Source: Octopus vulgaris
Taxonomy: Eukaryota
NCBI GenBank assembly: GCA_951406725.2
Contig: OX597830.1
Coordinates: 41,354,001 to 41,418,000, forward strand
Direction: 5' to 3'
Length of the DNA: 64,000 nt
Shown here: piece after piece, positions 1 through 12,397 of the stretch
Numbering within the stretch: the first letter of the stretch is position 1
How the letters are laid out: each line of letters opens with the position of its first letter
The notes under the pieces: generated by a model
What the model saw: the letters and a program-made list of their open reading frames with translations, nothing else
Told to the model about the DNA's origin: nothing
Databases searched by the model: none
Translations under genes and position numbers: made by a program

Positions 1-159
1 ATGGAAAGGGTGATCTTTTGGCGCTCACTTGTTATTGCATCTTTCAAATCATCAAGAGTGTGTGGATGATTGTGGTAGGCAATAGATTTGAGATGTCTCC
101 AAAGGAAATAGACAAGGGGAGTAAGATCTGGGGGTTGGGGTGGCCAATCCCTCTATTAA

Positions 160-440
160 CCTGGAACTTATTCTATCAGTCTCTTTTGCTAAACTGCTAA
201 GTCACAGGGATGTGAACACACCAATACTAGCTGTCAAGCGATGGTGGGGGGGAACAAACACAAATATATACATACATACATATATATATAAATGTATGTA
301 TATACGATGGGCTTCTTACACTTTCCGTTTACCAAATGCACTCATAAGGCTTTGGTTGGCCTGACACTATAGTGGAAGACACTTGCCTAATGTGCCATGC
401 AGTGGGGCTGAACCAGAAACCATGTGGTTGGGAAGCAAGC
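160..440 (-). mobile_element. SINE family A (tRNA-derived, CORE-like; resembles octopus OR-type SINEs)
   Basis: Reverse complement of the GGCTGTGTGGTAAG...GGTTCAGTCCCACTG...GGCAAGTGTCTTCTACTATAG...CTTGACAAC...GATAGAATAAG consensus found repeatedly in the window. Confidence 0.8.
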
Positions 441-536
441 TTTACCTCACAGCCATGCCTTTCTATAACATATATATATATATTTTATTTATCTTATCTA
501 GTTTCAGCTCACGAGCTGTGGCCATGCTGGGGCACC

Positions 537-567
<31 letters not shown>

Positions 568-914
568 GCTTTATAATTAGTTGTGACACTAAGGGGAAAT
601 TAAAGAACAACAAGAAAAGATTTCAGTTTTAATTTGGCAGTTTCGAAAAATTATGTATTTCTAAAAAAAAAAAAGTACAAGAAAAAGATTATATCAGTAC
701 ATCATTAAATGGTAAAGATTTAAACTAAATTAGATTAATATTTAGATAAACAAAAGACCTAGGATAATGAACTGGTTTGAACAAAAGATAAACTGATATA
801 AGTAGCAATTGTAGAATAGATAAGAAATGAAGTAAAAATAGATCTTAGTCTGTATCATTGATGAATATTAATTTGATTGATCAACTACCAGCTCATTAAA
901 TTTGTGTATCTGTG

Positions 915-1075
915 CTGGTGTGGTTGTGTGGTTAAGTAGCTTGCTCTCCAGGCATGAAGTCCCAAGTTCAGTCCCCACTATGCAACAGCTTGGGAAAGTG
1001 TTTTCTACTTTTACTCTGGGCAGACCAAATTTTTCTGCATGGATTTGGTAGACAGAAACTAAAGAGACTAATTGT
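915..1075 (+). mobile_element. SINE family A, 5' part
   Basis: tRNA-like head with A/B boxes (GTGTGGTTAAG...AGTTCAGTCCC) and CORE-like segment. Confidence 0.75.
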
Positions 1076-1159
1076 GTATATAATATATATATATCTATAT
1101 ATATAAAACTCAACTTGTGTGTCTGTGTGTTTAACTTCCTGGCACATCTCCTCCTAGCC

Positions 1160-1577
1160 AATAAATCGTAGAACCACTAAAAATGGGTCACTTAAAGTTT
1201 AGGTGAATGAAAATTGAACTGTGCTATTTCTGTTCCGAAATTCATCTCGCAAGTGCAAAAATCGATAATGTGTTTCTTTAGGCCTTATCCCATGCATTGA
1301 ATAGTGAACTTTACTCAGTCAGCTGTTTGATGTGAACTGTGTTCACCACGCGTACAAGCATGCATAAATTGCATGAAAAATAAAAAATCAAGATATAAAA
1401 ACGAATCGCTGTAAACATTGTAGAAATTCGGCAAAGAAATGAATTTTCAGGATGTAGCCTGGAGGGTTTTTTCGTATTAATCGTTTGGACTTTGTGAACA
1501 CATAACAATTGTTTTCATAACATTTTTAACGCTTTGAATTAAATGTGACCATTTTGCAAAGCTGGACAATACTGCTA

Positions 1578-1580
<3 letters not shown>
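1160..1580 (-). mobile_element. Non-autonomous Helitron/Helentron-like element fragment
   Basis: CpG-richer than flanks. The terminus reads TACTAGCAGTATTGTCCAGCTTTGC on the - strand, similar to TACTAGCA...GACCC..CGTTGCCGGGTC at 57805, and abuts a (TA)n tract. Confidence 0.4.
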
Positions 1581-1651
<71 letters not shown>

Positions 1652-1734
1652 CAAAATAATAAATAAAACATGCATATATACATACATATATGTACATACC
1701 TACATCTATATGTTTATATACATGCATATATAGG

Positions 1735-2290
1735 TACAGGACACCAAAAAAACGTCGAACACAATGAGAAATGAAAACATAAAAACAAGACCATGGAAAC
1801 GGACTATTTTCAAACAACGATAAAACAGAGTACAAGACATACAACACAAGGAATATTCCCCTTCTTCAGCTGCCCCTGCTTTGCCTACTCCGTGTTTCGA
1901 AGGTAAGGGCAAGACACAACTTCGTTGAAACAGTCCTTCCCGCAAAGCAAATTAAATAAAATTTGGAATTTTTTGCGGCGGGGTAAAAGTGGTAACAAAA
2001 ACAGAACAGTAAAAACAATACAAATAAAAACAGTAAAAGACAGGATAAGGAGAATAACACAGTGAAAACAAACGGTAAGGGCTGTTAAGCCGAAACGAAA
2101 GGAAAAATTATTTTGAACGCTTTGAGAGAACAGCTACACTTGTTGAAGGCAGTAGTCAGAAAGAAAGTAGCCCTCTGGTCACATGTCAGCGACGAAAGGG
2201 AGGAGGAGGAGGAGTAAGAGAAAAGGAATGGTGAAAGGGAGAGAAGAAGAATAGGGAAGGGTGGTAGAAAAAACCAGAAAGAATGAAGAA
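1735..2290. mobile_element. Purine-skewed interspersed repeat, probably a Penelope-like element terminal region
   Basis: CpG-retaining, A-rich block between microsatellites with CTGAAGA and CGAAAC motifs on the - strand. Family assignment is by recognition only. Confidence 0.3.
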
Positions 2291-3769
2291 TGAGAGAGGG
2301 AGAGTATATATATAAATCAAAATGTATAGTAAAAGCACTGATACTGGTGGCATGTTAAAAGCACTCAACACACACTGTAAAGTGATTGCTGATGATAGGA
2401 AACAGATGAAGGTTGCCAACAGGAAGGGCATCCAGCCATAGAATATCTGACCTGTGCAAGCATGGAAAAGTGAATGTTTATGATGATGATGATGATGTGG
2501 CTAGATACTCCACAGATGCAGGTGGAGTCAGTGTAACAAGGTTATGCATTTAATTATAGGTACAATAAATCCAGCAGGCTTCCTCACAGTTTCCATCCAA
2601 CCAGTTTCACTGACAAAATTTGGGATGATCCACAGTTATAGTAAAAAAAAGTACTTGCCCAAGATATCACTGTGGGATTGAACAAGCACCTTGTGATTAT
2701 AACATACTTGTCATAATTGACAAAATATCAGACAAAACACTTTGTGCTATATGGTTAGGTCCATTTACATTCTGAGTTCATTCAAATCTTATTCTGATCC
2801 AATAACTCTTTCTTCCTTCCAGGGTTGATAAATTAAATACTTGGGTTGATGTAATTAACTATACTTTAAAATGTGCTGCCCCAATGTCACCACAACCCAG
2901 CAACAGAAAGCAGTGGAGATGGAAAATACCAGTTCATAACAAATAATCCAGAAAAACAAAAAGATGTTTATGAAAGATTACTAATTTGCAGCACTGTTTC
3001 AATCTTTTTAGAAATCATCAGCATGACATAACCCATCCAATAAAAATAATTTGGCAGTGTGTTACCTCTGAGTAAAGGAGGCATTAAATTGGAAAAGAGG
3101 GCTGTTTGAAAATCAAGCATATTTATCAAGAAAGGAAAGTAGTGCTGCTCTCATGAAATGAAATCACTCCTTGATCATTTGGTCAATGGGTTATCACTCA
3201 ATCAGTTTGACCAGCTGTAATTGGTGACATTATATGATCTATGAAACCTTTGATCACTAGGTTGTTGTTGTTTAATCTGGGGTTAGCTCTGATGCTGCAG
3301 ACTCATGATCTAAAAGAAACCTTGACCTTAGGGGAAGTGAGTGTAGTTTTCATTTCTTTTTCCTATAAAACATTGAGATTTTTGTGTCTAGTCACCCTTC
3401 AAAAATAACAAGTAATCTCTATTAGACAGATCAATTGTCACTCGTCTGTTCAAAGTGAAAAAGATTAATTACATTAAATAAACAGTGAATGGAAACAGAA
3501 CCATAAACAAGATAAGGTAAAATGTTGAAGAGATATATAGGTTTGGTTGAATGATTTCATTGTGGTGATTAGAAGAAGCTTGATTGAACAAAAACAAGAA
3601 TAATAAGTAATGAACATGAAATAATGATAAAACAATTAAAATGATAAATTCATTCAATATTTTTGATTTAATAATTTTCAATGATGGAAACAAAACAAAT
3701 AAAAGTTTCCAACATTGTAGTGGCTTTCATCCTGTTCATTTGCTTATATCTATCCTTTTATCTTTATTT

Positions 3770-4037
3770 GTTCCAGTCATTAGACTCTGGCCATACTGGG
3801 GCACTGCCTTGAAGAGCTTTTAGTTGAATGAATTGACCCCAGTACATTTTTAAAAGCCTGGAACTTATTCTATTGATTTCTTTCGCTGAACCATTAAGTT
3901 TTAGGGACAAACAAACCATCACCAATTGTCAAGCAGTGGTGGGGGACAAACACGAAGACACACATGCATTCACACATATGCACACATGCATGCACACATA
4001 CACATACATACAAACACACACAAATATATATACATAC

Positions 4038-4077
<40 letters not shown>

Positions 4078-4620
4078 AATTGAAATCGAATTGAACCAGC
4101 CAGGATCCCTGGTCTGGTGGTACGTAAAAAGCACTATCCGACTCGGGGCCAATGCCAGCGCCGCCTCGACTGGCCTCCGTGCCGGTGGCACGTAAAATAC
4201 ACCAATCCGACCGTGGCCGTTGCCAGCCTCGCCTGGCACCTGTGCAGGTGGCACGTAAAAAGCACCCACTACATTCACGGAGTGGTTGGCGTTAGGAAGG
4301 GCATCCAGCTGTAGAAACATTGCCAGATAAGACTGGAGCCTGGTGCAGCCTTCTGGCTTCCCAGATCCCCGGTCGAACCGTCCAACCCATGCTAGCATGG
4401 AGAACGGACGTTAAACGATGATGATGATGATGATGATGATGATGATATACACTCATATGTATATAGATAGATAGTTAGATATATGCCAGGTACCTACTCA
4501 CAAGGTTTTGGTCAACCTAGGGTTATAATAGAAGACAATACCTGAGATGCCATGCGGTGGGACTGAACCTGCAGTCTTGTGGTTGAAAAGCAAACTTTTT
4601 ACCACACAATCATACCTGTG
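3770..4620 (-). mobile_element. SINE family A split by microsatellite expansion and a nested family C element
   Basis: The 3' half at ~3770-3960 and the 5' half at ~4490-4620 are collinear on the - strand. Confidence 0.75.
4085..4445 (+). mobile_element. SINE/LINE-tail family C with (GAT)n tail; young, CpG-intact copy
   Basis: Three internal GGTGG(C/T)ACGTAAAA repeats, TTAGGAAGGGCATCCAGCTGTAGAAAC, ending CATGGAGAACGGACGTTAAACGATGATGATG. Further copies at ~2340-2500, 21477-22205, 25490-25640, 28360-28465, 33190-33305, 35650-35805, 36270-36680 and 38865-39030. Confidence 0.85.
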
Positions 4621-5583
4621 TCTGTAACTGGAATTAATCAGCTTAACTGATTAATTAATCAAGCACCTTTATTATGTACTTTAATTACTTAATCACCTTA
4701 AGGAATCTTACACTTCATAAAAGGATTAATTTAATTTAATTAAAAAATGGAAGAAATGAATAAATTATAACCTGTAATTTCCTTTCAATTTTTAAGATTG
4801 TAAAAAAGGTTAAATGAAACCCCCCCAAAACAAATTTTCATTATGAACAGAAGGCTATTATTAACCGTATCAAATTAAAATCTCTCTTTATATAGAAGTG
4901 TATTTTGGTAGATTAAAGCACAAATACAAAAATTCTATCCTTTCTCCTTTGTCTCCTTGTTAAAGAATGAAGATAGCCTAAAAACTTTTTCTCAATAAAG
5001 AGAAATATGTTCATGTTTAAACAATACAGATTATTTAATTTTAAAACGAGGCATAATTATAGAGATAAAGCAGGAACCAATCTTAGATGTTTCAAATTCC
5101 AGGTTTGGAATTGCTTAAAATATTTCATTCAAATTTGCTCAAACTGCCAATAATAGTATTGCAATTTTCAACAGATGAATTTGTTTAATATGTGTTATTA
5201 GCACAGAATGGTTGTAGGCTTTTCATACAATGTAGATTCAAGTTGAGTTTACATATTTTGCTTCACTTACTCCTCATATCTATGATTTTCTCCTGATATC
5301 TTTAACTTGATAGATGAGCTCAACTAAGCTGGCTTACTCTTGACACGGCACAACAGGTTGGTAGAATCAGCCCACAATACACTACGACATAAACCCTTCA
5401 TTAGTAACATCCTTTGAAATTCTCCACAACACAAAGATTAATTAATTTTGATTCACTATTTCATCAAGATATGTATTCAGTGATAACTAACTGTAACCTC
5501 ATGTGATGAATAGGGATTTTAAGTATTCATATCAAACATCCCTGTCCAGAGCCCTGCTTTTAACTATGTTCACATCATCCTTA

Positions 5584-5701
<118 letters not shown>

Positions 5702-5829
5702 TATTCTCAACCAAGTAAAAAAAAAATGGCACTCTGTCCCTTACAACAATACGGGTTCCAGTTGATATGATCAACAGAACAGCTCATCATATGAATGAAT
5801 GAGTGGCTGAGCACTCCACAGACACACAT

Positions 5830-6050
5830 ACCAATTTCTTTACTACCCACAAGGGGCTAAACAGAGAGGACAAACAAGGACAGACAAACGGATTAAGTCA
5901 ATTATATCGACCCCAGTGCGTAACTGGTACTTATTTAATCAACCCCAAAAGAATGAAAGGCAAAGTTGACCTTGGCGGAATTTGAACATAGTGGCAGATG
6001 AAATACCGCTTAGCATTTTGCCCGGCGTGCTAACGTTTCTGCCAGCTGCC
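5830..6050 (-). mobile_element. SINE family B
   Basis: Reverse complement of GGCAGCGAGCTGGCAGAAACGTTAGCACGCCGGGC...GTTCAAATTCCGCCGAGGTCGACTTTGCCTTTCATCCTTTCGGGG...AAGTACCAG. Confidence 0.85.
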
Positions 6051-6442
6051 ACAGACACACATACCTTTAATGTAGTTCTCAGGGAGATTCAGGGTGACAC
6101 AGAATGTGACATGGTTGGCCTTTTGAAATACAAGTACTACTCATCTTTGCGTGGCTTAGTGGCTATGGTGTTTGGCTCATGATCATAAGGCTGTGAGTTC
6201 AATTCCCAGCAGTGCTTTATTGCATGTTACTCCAGTGCAGAGTCTCAATCAAATACATTTTAGTTTTCTTTCTTGTTCCTTCTGCCATCTTATATTCTGT
6301 GTCCCATAATATTCTTCTGGTTGGCAACAAAGAACCTATCCAAGCCATCACCAATGGTTTCTTTCCAGCCATTATCAATGGAGATTAATCTGGTGATCCT
6401 TCTTATTCTTTCATTTCTTACCTAGTCTTAACATTTGATGTC

Positions 6443-7245
6443 TGGTGCAGGCATGGCTGTGTGGGTAAGAAGCTTGCTTTACAACTAAGGTATTACAGGT
6501 TCAGTCTTATTGTGTGGCACCTTAAGCAAGCCCTTGGCCAAACAATTCCTTATGAGTGAATTTAGTAGGCAGAAAATTTATAAGGAAAAAAAAAAAAGGC
6601 AGCGAGCTGGCAGAAACATTAACACGTTGGGCAAAATGCTCAGCAGTATTTCGTCTGCCATTACGTTCTGAGTTCAAATTCCGCTGAGGTCGACTTTGCC
6701 TTTCATCCTTTTGGGGTCGATTAAATAAGTATCAGTTACACACTGGGGTCGATATAATCGACTTAATCCATTTGTCTGTCCTTGTTTGTTCCCTCTGTGT
6801 TTAGCCTCTTGTGGGTAGTAAAGGAATAGGTATTTCATCTGCCGTTACATTCTAAGTTCAAATTCGGCCGAGGTCAATTTTGCCTTTCATCCTTTTGGAG
6901 TCAATAAATTAAGTATCAGTTGCACACTGGAGTCGATGTAATCAACTTAATCCCTTTGTCTGTCCTTGTTTGTCTCCTCTATGTTTAGCCCCTTGTGGAC
7001 AATAAAGAAATAAGAAACTGTATGGGAGAGCCTGTTGTATATGGATGTATGTGTTTGTGTTTGTTTGCCACACTGCTTGACAACCGGTGTAGGTTTGTTT
7101 ACATCCTTGTGGCTCAGCAAAAGGGCTCAGTAAAATAAGTACCAGTCTTTAAAACGTGTACTGGAGTTGATTTGATTGACAAAATCCTTCAAGGCAGTGC
7201 CCCAGCATGGCCTCTGTCAAATGACTGAAACAAGTAAAATGTAAA
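6443..7245 (+). mobile_element. SINE family A with a nested dimeric family B SINE (6597-7015)
   Basis: Family A head at 6443-6580 resumes at ~7013 (GAAACTG...GCTTGACAACCGGTG...CAGCATGGCC...GACTGAAACAAGTAAAA); two tandem B units lie between. Confidence 0.85.
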
Positions 7246-8194
7246 AGGAACATGAATATGAATTTAGAGAAAGGATAAAAGGAGGCCATGAAGGAATGGA
7301 CAGGCTACCTGAAGCGTGGAAATCACACAGACAACTCATATCAAAATAATCTTTTGTATTTCATTGGTTAAATTAATGGTGATGTAAGCAGAAGAGTCCT
7401 TGTATGAGAGTAAAACCAAATCCAGTGGGGGATTAATGACCTGTTATGGACTACATAAGGTTTTCATTTAGCTTTGCACTAATCTGCTTCTGATACGAAA
7501 CCATTAGAATATTTGACTGTGAAGTACAAAAGATCAAACAGTGGCATAAGAAAGGTGGTGGTGGTGGTGGCATGTTGCTCATGCTTCTGCAATTTGTTGG
7601 TGTTTCCCTGCACCTGGTGGATGACACCTTTGCACTACTCAGGCAACAACCCTCCACCTCATGGGTCCATCTGGGTAGTCATTGCTGATGAGGGTTTTAT
7701 GAGGTCGGATTGCAAATTGTACCTCGAACCCTTTTCTTCACCTTTTATGACACGCAGAGGAAAATGTTGGTCTATTCTTTGACATTCCAGTCCCCACACA
7801 GCACTAGAGCCATGTAAAATGAAGTGTTTTGCTCAAGAACACAACACACCACCCAGTCTGGGAATTGAACCCATAGTCTGGCGATCATGAGTGCAATATA
7901 CTAACCAGTAAGCCACACATCGTCATTGTTGATGTTTCCTTATTAATTAACAGGCCTTAACCAGGGGAAATTTTGCATCCAAAAGATCTGTCAGAGCAAC
8001 TGCCCCATTGATCTTCTCTAGAAGAGTTTTAACTGTGTTGATATAGTCATGTAAACAGCTTCAAGTGCATAACAAGTAAAAACTCAGCAGTTTCCAGACA
8101 TAGTGAAATAAATATCAGAGATGCTTTGCTCCATACAGAAACTGCAGGAGCTACTCACAGGCTTTGCAAGCTCTTCCAAATCCATTGCAATATT

Positions 8195-8559
8195 CTTTTC
8201 TACTCTTGGCACATGGCCCGAAATTTTGGGGGAAGGGGCCAGTCGATTAGATCAACTCCAGTACACAACTGGTACTTAATTTATCAACCCCGAAAGGATG
8301 AAAGGCAAAGTCGACCTTGGTGGCATTTGAACTCAGAACATGAAGACAGACAACCCTTGTATAAATATTATTTTCTACTCTAGACACAAGGTCCAAAATT
8401 TTGGAGGAGGGGGCCAATTGATTAGAGTGGCCCCAGTACACAACTGGTACTTAATTTAGCGACTCCAAAAGGATGAAAGGCAAAGTCGACCTTGACAAAA
8501 TTTGAACAGTAGCGCATATTGTACGAAATACCACTAAGCATTTTACCCATCATGCCTTA
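8195..8559 (-). mobile_element. Dimeric SINE family B with a 17-bp target-site duplication
   Basis: AAATCCATTGCAATATT at 8178-8194 and 8560-8576 flanks two tandem B units. Confidence 0.85.
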
Positions 8560-8827
8560 AAATCCATTGCAATATTGGAAATACTTCAGTATTGTCAGTA
8601 GGTATCTCAGGGTCACAAACATTTGACATTTAAAAAAGAAATCTATTCATTTTTTTCATCTGTCTGTTTACAACCTGCACCAACAAAGTACAGATGTGGT
8701 TTTTAGAACCATTTGGATCTATTTCTAGCATGTTGGTGGGGTTTATCCACACCATTGATATAATTATAAATTAGTATATAAATATATATATATATATATA
8801 GCGAGAGAGAGAGAGAGAGAGAGAGAG

Positions 8828-8995
8828 TTGAAATTTACAGAAAAGCAAAAGAGGAAGACAGGTGTATTAGTTTAACACTCGGGAAGGTGAGAAAGTCTTT
8901 TATGTTTTGAGCCTACGCTCTTCATCAGGAAGGAGCGCAAGGAAATAAACAGAGACAGAATAAAAAAGACTTGGAGCTAGCAGTCAATCATGACA
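8828..8995 (-). mobile_element. Penelope-like terminal repeat remnant with a decayed minimal hammerhead motif (8897-8932)
   Basis: The - strand reads CTGATGA-A-GAGC-GTAG-GCTC-AAAAC-ATA. It is related to the 35230-35422 element. Confidence 0.55.
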
Positions 8996-9756
8996 GTCAA
9001 TGGTGATGTGAACAGAAGAGTCCTTGTATGACAGTAAAACCATATCTGATGGTGGATTAATGACCTGTTATGGACAACATAAGGTTTTCATTTAATTTTA
9101 CACTAATCTGCTTCTGATACTATATACACACACACACACACAACAGGCTTCTTTCAGTTTCCATTTATCTAATTCACTTACAAAGCATAGGTCAACCTGG
9201 GACTACTGAATACGACAGTTGTCCAAGGTCCAATGCAGTGGGACTAAACCTGAAACTATATGATTGGGAATTTCTTTTAAACATGGTGTAACTCATCCCC
9301 CTCCAAGTCTGGACACAGATGATTTCCTTGAACTGAATTCCTTCATTCATGTTTTTGTTGCTGGAAGGAGTAGCAAGTGAATGAATCTTCAGCTTTAAAT
9401 AAATACACTGTATTATGTGTGTTGAGTATCGATTCTCCAGTTTGTTTGCCTAAATGTATCTGCTTGTAAGATATTAATATATCTATTGACATTAAAACAT
9501 ATTTGGTTGTAAGATTAAATACATGCAATCTTGCAGCAAAATGAAAACCATTTTCAAAAGTCAAGGGGCAACAACTCTGCTGCAACTCTGCAACCAGATC
9601 TGAAGTGCATCGGCTTTCTTGTTATCCAACAGAACTTTAATTGGCATTAAACTTACTGACCATAGCATAGAGTTACTAATAAATAAACCATACTGAGCAG
9701 TTGACTGAAATAGTTGGTGTTATAATATCATTATTATGAATATTATTTAGAGGAAG

Positions 9757-10200
9757 ACAGCAAGCTGGCAGAAACGTTAGCATGCCGGGTGAAATGCTTA
9801 GCATTATTTCATCTGTCTTAATGTTCTGAGTTCAAATTCCGCTGAGGTCGACTTTGCCTTTCATCCTTTCGGGGTTGATAAATGAAGTAGCAGTTGCATA
9901 CCGGAGTCAATCTAATTGACTGCCTCTCCTCCTCAAAAATTTCGGGCCTTGTACCTAGAGTAGAAAAGAATATTATTTGGGGGTCAGTGGGCTGGCAGAA
10001 TCATTAGCACACCAGACAAAATGCTTCATGGCATTTCATCCGTCTTTACATCCTGAGTTCAAATTCTGCTGAAGTTGACTTTGCCTTTCATCCTTTCAGT
10101 GTTGATAAAATTATAACCAGTTGTGTACTGGGGCTGATATAATTCATCCTCCACTGAAAACTGCTGGCTCTGTGCCCAAAATTTGAAAGAATTATTAATA
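9757..10200 (+). mobile_element. Two tandem SINE family B units
   Basis: The B consensus occurs twice, each ending GGCCTTGTACCTAGAGTAGAAAAG or a variant. Confidence 0.85.
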
Positions 10201-10254
10201 TTATTTGGTTTGGTAGAAATAGTAGCACACAGAACAAAATGGCTAGTCAATACT

Positions 10255-10487
10255 ACTCTGTAGGGAGCATTGGGCCAATTTCATGATTTCTCTGACATAG
10301 ATATTCTTCCTCTGGACAAGATACCATTCTGTTGCAGGATTGCTCATTTTTGCCAATTGAATGAACTGGAGCAATGTGAAATGAAGTGTTTGGCACAAAA
10401 ATACAATACATTACCCAGTCAGGAATTGAAACCACAATCATACGATCATAAGTCCAACACCCTAAGTACTAAACCATGCACTTCCAC
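10255..10487 (-). mobile_element. SINE family D (tRNA head; same family as 46403-46655)
   Basis: TGAACTGGAGCAATGTGAAATGAAGTGTTTGGCACAA...GGAATTGAAACCAC...TACGATCAT...CTAAACCATGCACTTCCAC. Other copies at ~7790-7920, 39100-39180 and 56600-56760. Confidence 0.75.
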
Positions 10488-10544
10488 AAGCTTTGTGATC
10501 TTTACTCGCAACATTTTATACTTTGAGTTCAAATACTGTTGAGA

Positions 10545-10862
10545 TCAAACTGCATCTTTATTATATATGTGGGACACAGTTGAGCTACAGACCAACAAAA
10601 CTCCTTGTAACACCAAAGATGAACTATAGGCAAAGATTATGGTAGCATTCACCAACTAAAGGAGACTGTCCAGAAGAACTGCAGGAGACTCCGAAGTTGT
10701 CTGGAGGCTATGGTTGAAGCCAATGACGATTTTATTAAATAAATTTACTCTTTAATATTTCAAGATATTTTAATGTAATTTTGGTAAATATATCTGTTAA
10801 AATGTCAGTGTTATTTTCATTTTTGTGTAATTTAGACAACAGTTTATTTACTGCAGCCTGTC
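10545..10862 (+). mobile_element. 3' fragment of a maT/DD37D-like Tc1/mariner transposon
   Basis: Translates as YYMWDTVELQTNKTPCNTKDEL*AKIMVAF...KETVQKNCRRLRSCLEAMVEANDDFIK*, a transposase C-terminus. Confidence 0.7.
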
Positions 10863-10908
10863 TCTCTTCTCTTCTCATGGAGAGCCACAAGCACCTACAC
10901 ACACATTT

Positions 10909-10951
<43 letters not shown>

Positions 10952-11110
10952 TAAACAGAGTTAACAGTTATAGTAACCGACTAAGGGATAAAATGTCCGT
11001 ATGTACTATCAGTATCTGTTACCCATATTATCCTTGGGCATGGGTGTGCAGATACACTATGAACGTAGAGTGCCAGTAACAACAGGATAAACAAGAGTTT
11101 ATCAGAAACC

Positions 11111-11340
11111 AATGCAAATAATCAGAAAATGGAGGAAACCTCAGATTAACAAACACATCGATTGGACCACATTTATAGCTTATTTTTTAATACAAAGCAT
11201 GTGATAACAAAATAAAATAATAGATATGATACGTCACCTATTTTGTTATCTCATACTTTATATTAAAAAAATAAACTGTAAATGTGGTTCAATCAATGTA
11301 TTGGTTAATCAGTAGTTTTCTTCATTTTCTAATTATTTTC

Positions 11341-11343
<3 letters not shown>
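11111..11343. repeat. Fold-back palindrome, ~105-bp arms
   Basis: AATGCAAATAATCAGAAAATGG...GATAACAAAATA is mirrored by TATTTTGTTATC...CATTTTCTAATTATTTTCATT. Confidence 0.85.
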
Positions 11344-11400
<57 letters not shown>

Positions 11401-12286
11401 TATATATATGTATGTATGTATATATATAAATATATGTCTGGAAAGATTTGAAGTGTCTAGCACTTAATTTTGGAATTGCAAGGTATACCAACCCTTGAAA
11501 TGGATGCCACTGCAAGGTACCAGTGATTCCACTCTTGATTGGGGGGGTAACAACTTGGGTTCGAGAACCAACACCTTTTCAATACTCTGACAAAAATCTC
11601 AAAGATTACAAGATATAGATGAAGATACATTCAAAGAACAATATGATGAATTTTTATCTGAAATACCAGATACACCCATATCATGGTAAGAAATACAAGG
11701 GTGACTTGGTCCAAAATCATTTCATTATCAGAACCATAAACAGAGAAGCGAGTGCACACATGAAAATGAAAAGTGTCACTGATAGGTCACAGATGTGTGA
11801 TAAAAGATTTCCGGACAATGGAAATGAGTCACAATAAGAACAGTAATAAACAAGTGAAGAACAAATTTATAGTGCATGTGTTTATTTGGCAAAAAAAATA
11901 AATGACCATCCTGAAATGCAACAATATGTATATATATAACAATATACATATATACATATACATATATATATATATATATTATTGTTTTTACGTATTTTCG
12001 TATTCTTATTCATGTTATCATTATTATTTTACGTATTTTTGAATTCTTATTCGTTCTTGTCCTTGTTTTGTATACATTCGAGGCTTTCTCCCAAGGAATC
12101 TAATGCGCTTGGCTTAGATTTTCCTTTGGGGCTGGCCAGGTCGGAGCAATCTCAAGATTAATCAGCCGAAATTGCGAGGATGATCCGGTTCTTGACTGAA
12201 GATTGAAGGCTTCGAATGTCCCGTCCGTGTTTTTTGTATCGTCTTCTAAATGTTTTGCGTTCTTGTCCCAGTTTGTATTTTTTTAC

Positions 12287-12397
<111 letters not shown>

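Noticed and set aside
4110-4275. CRISPR-like repeat-spacer appearance
   Set aside because: Eukaryotic retroposon interior with short degenerate repeats and no cas genes.
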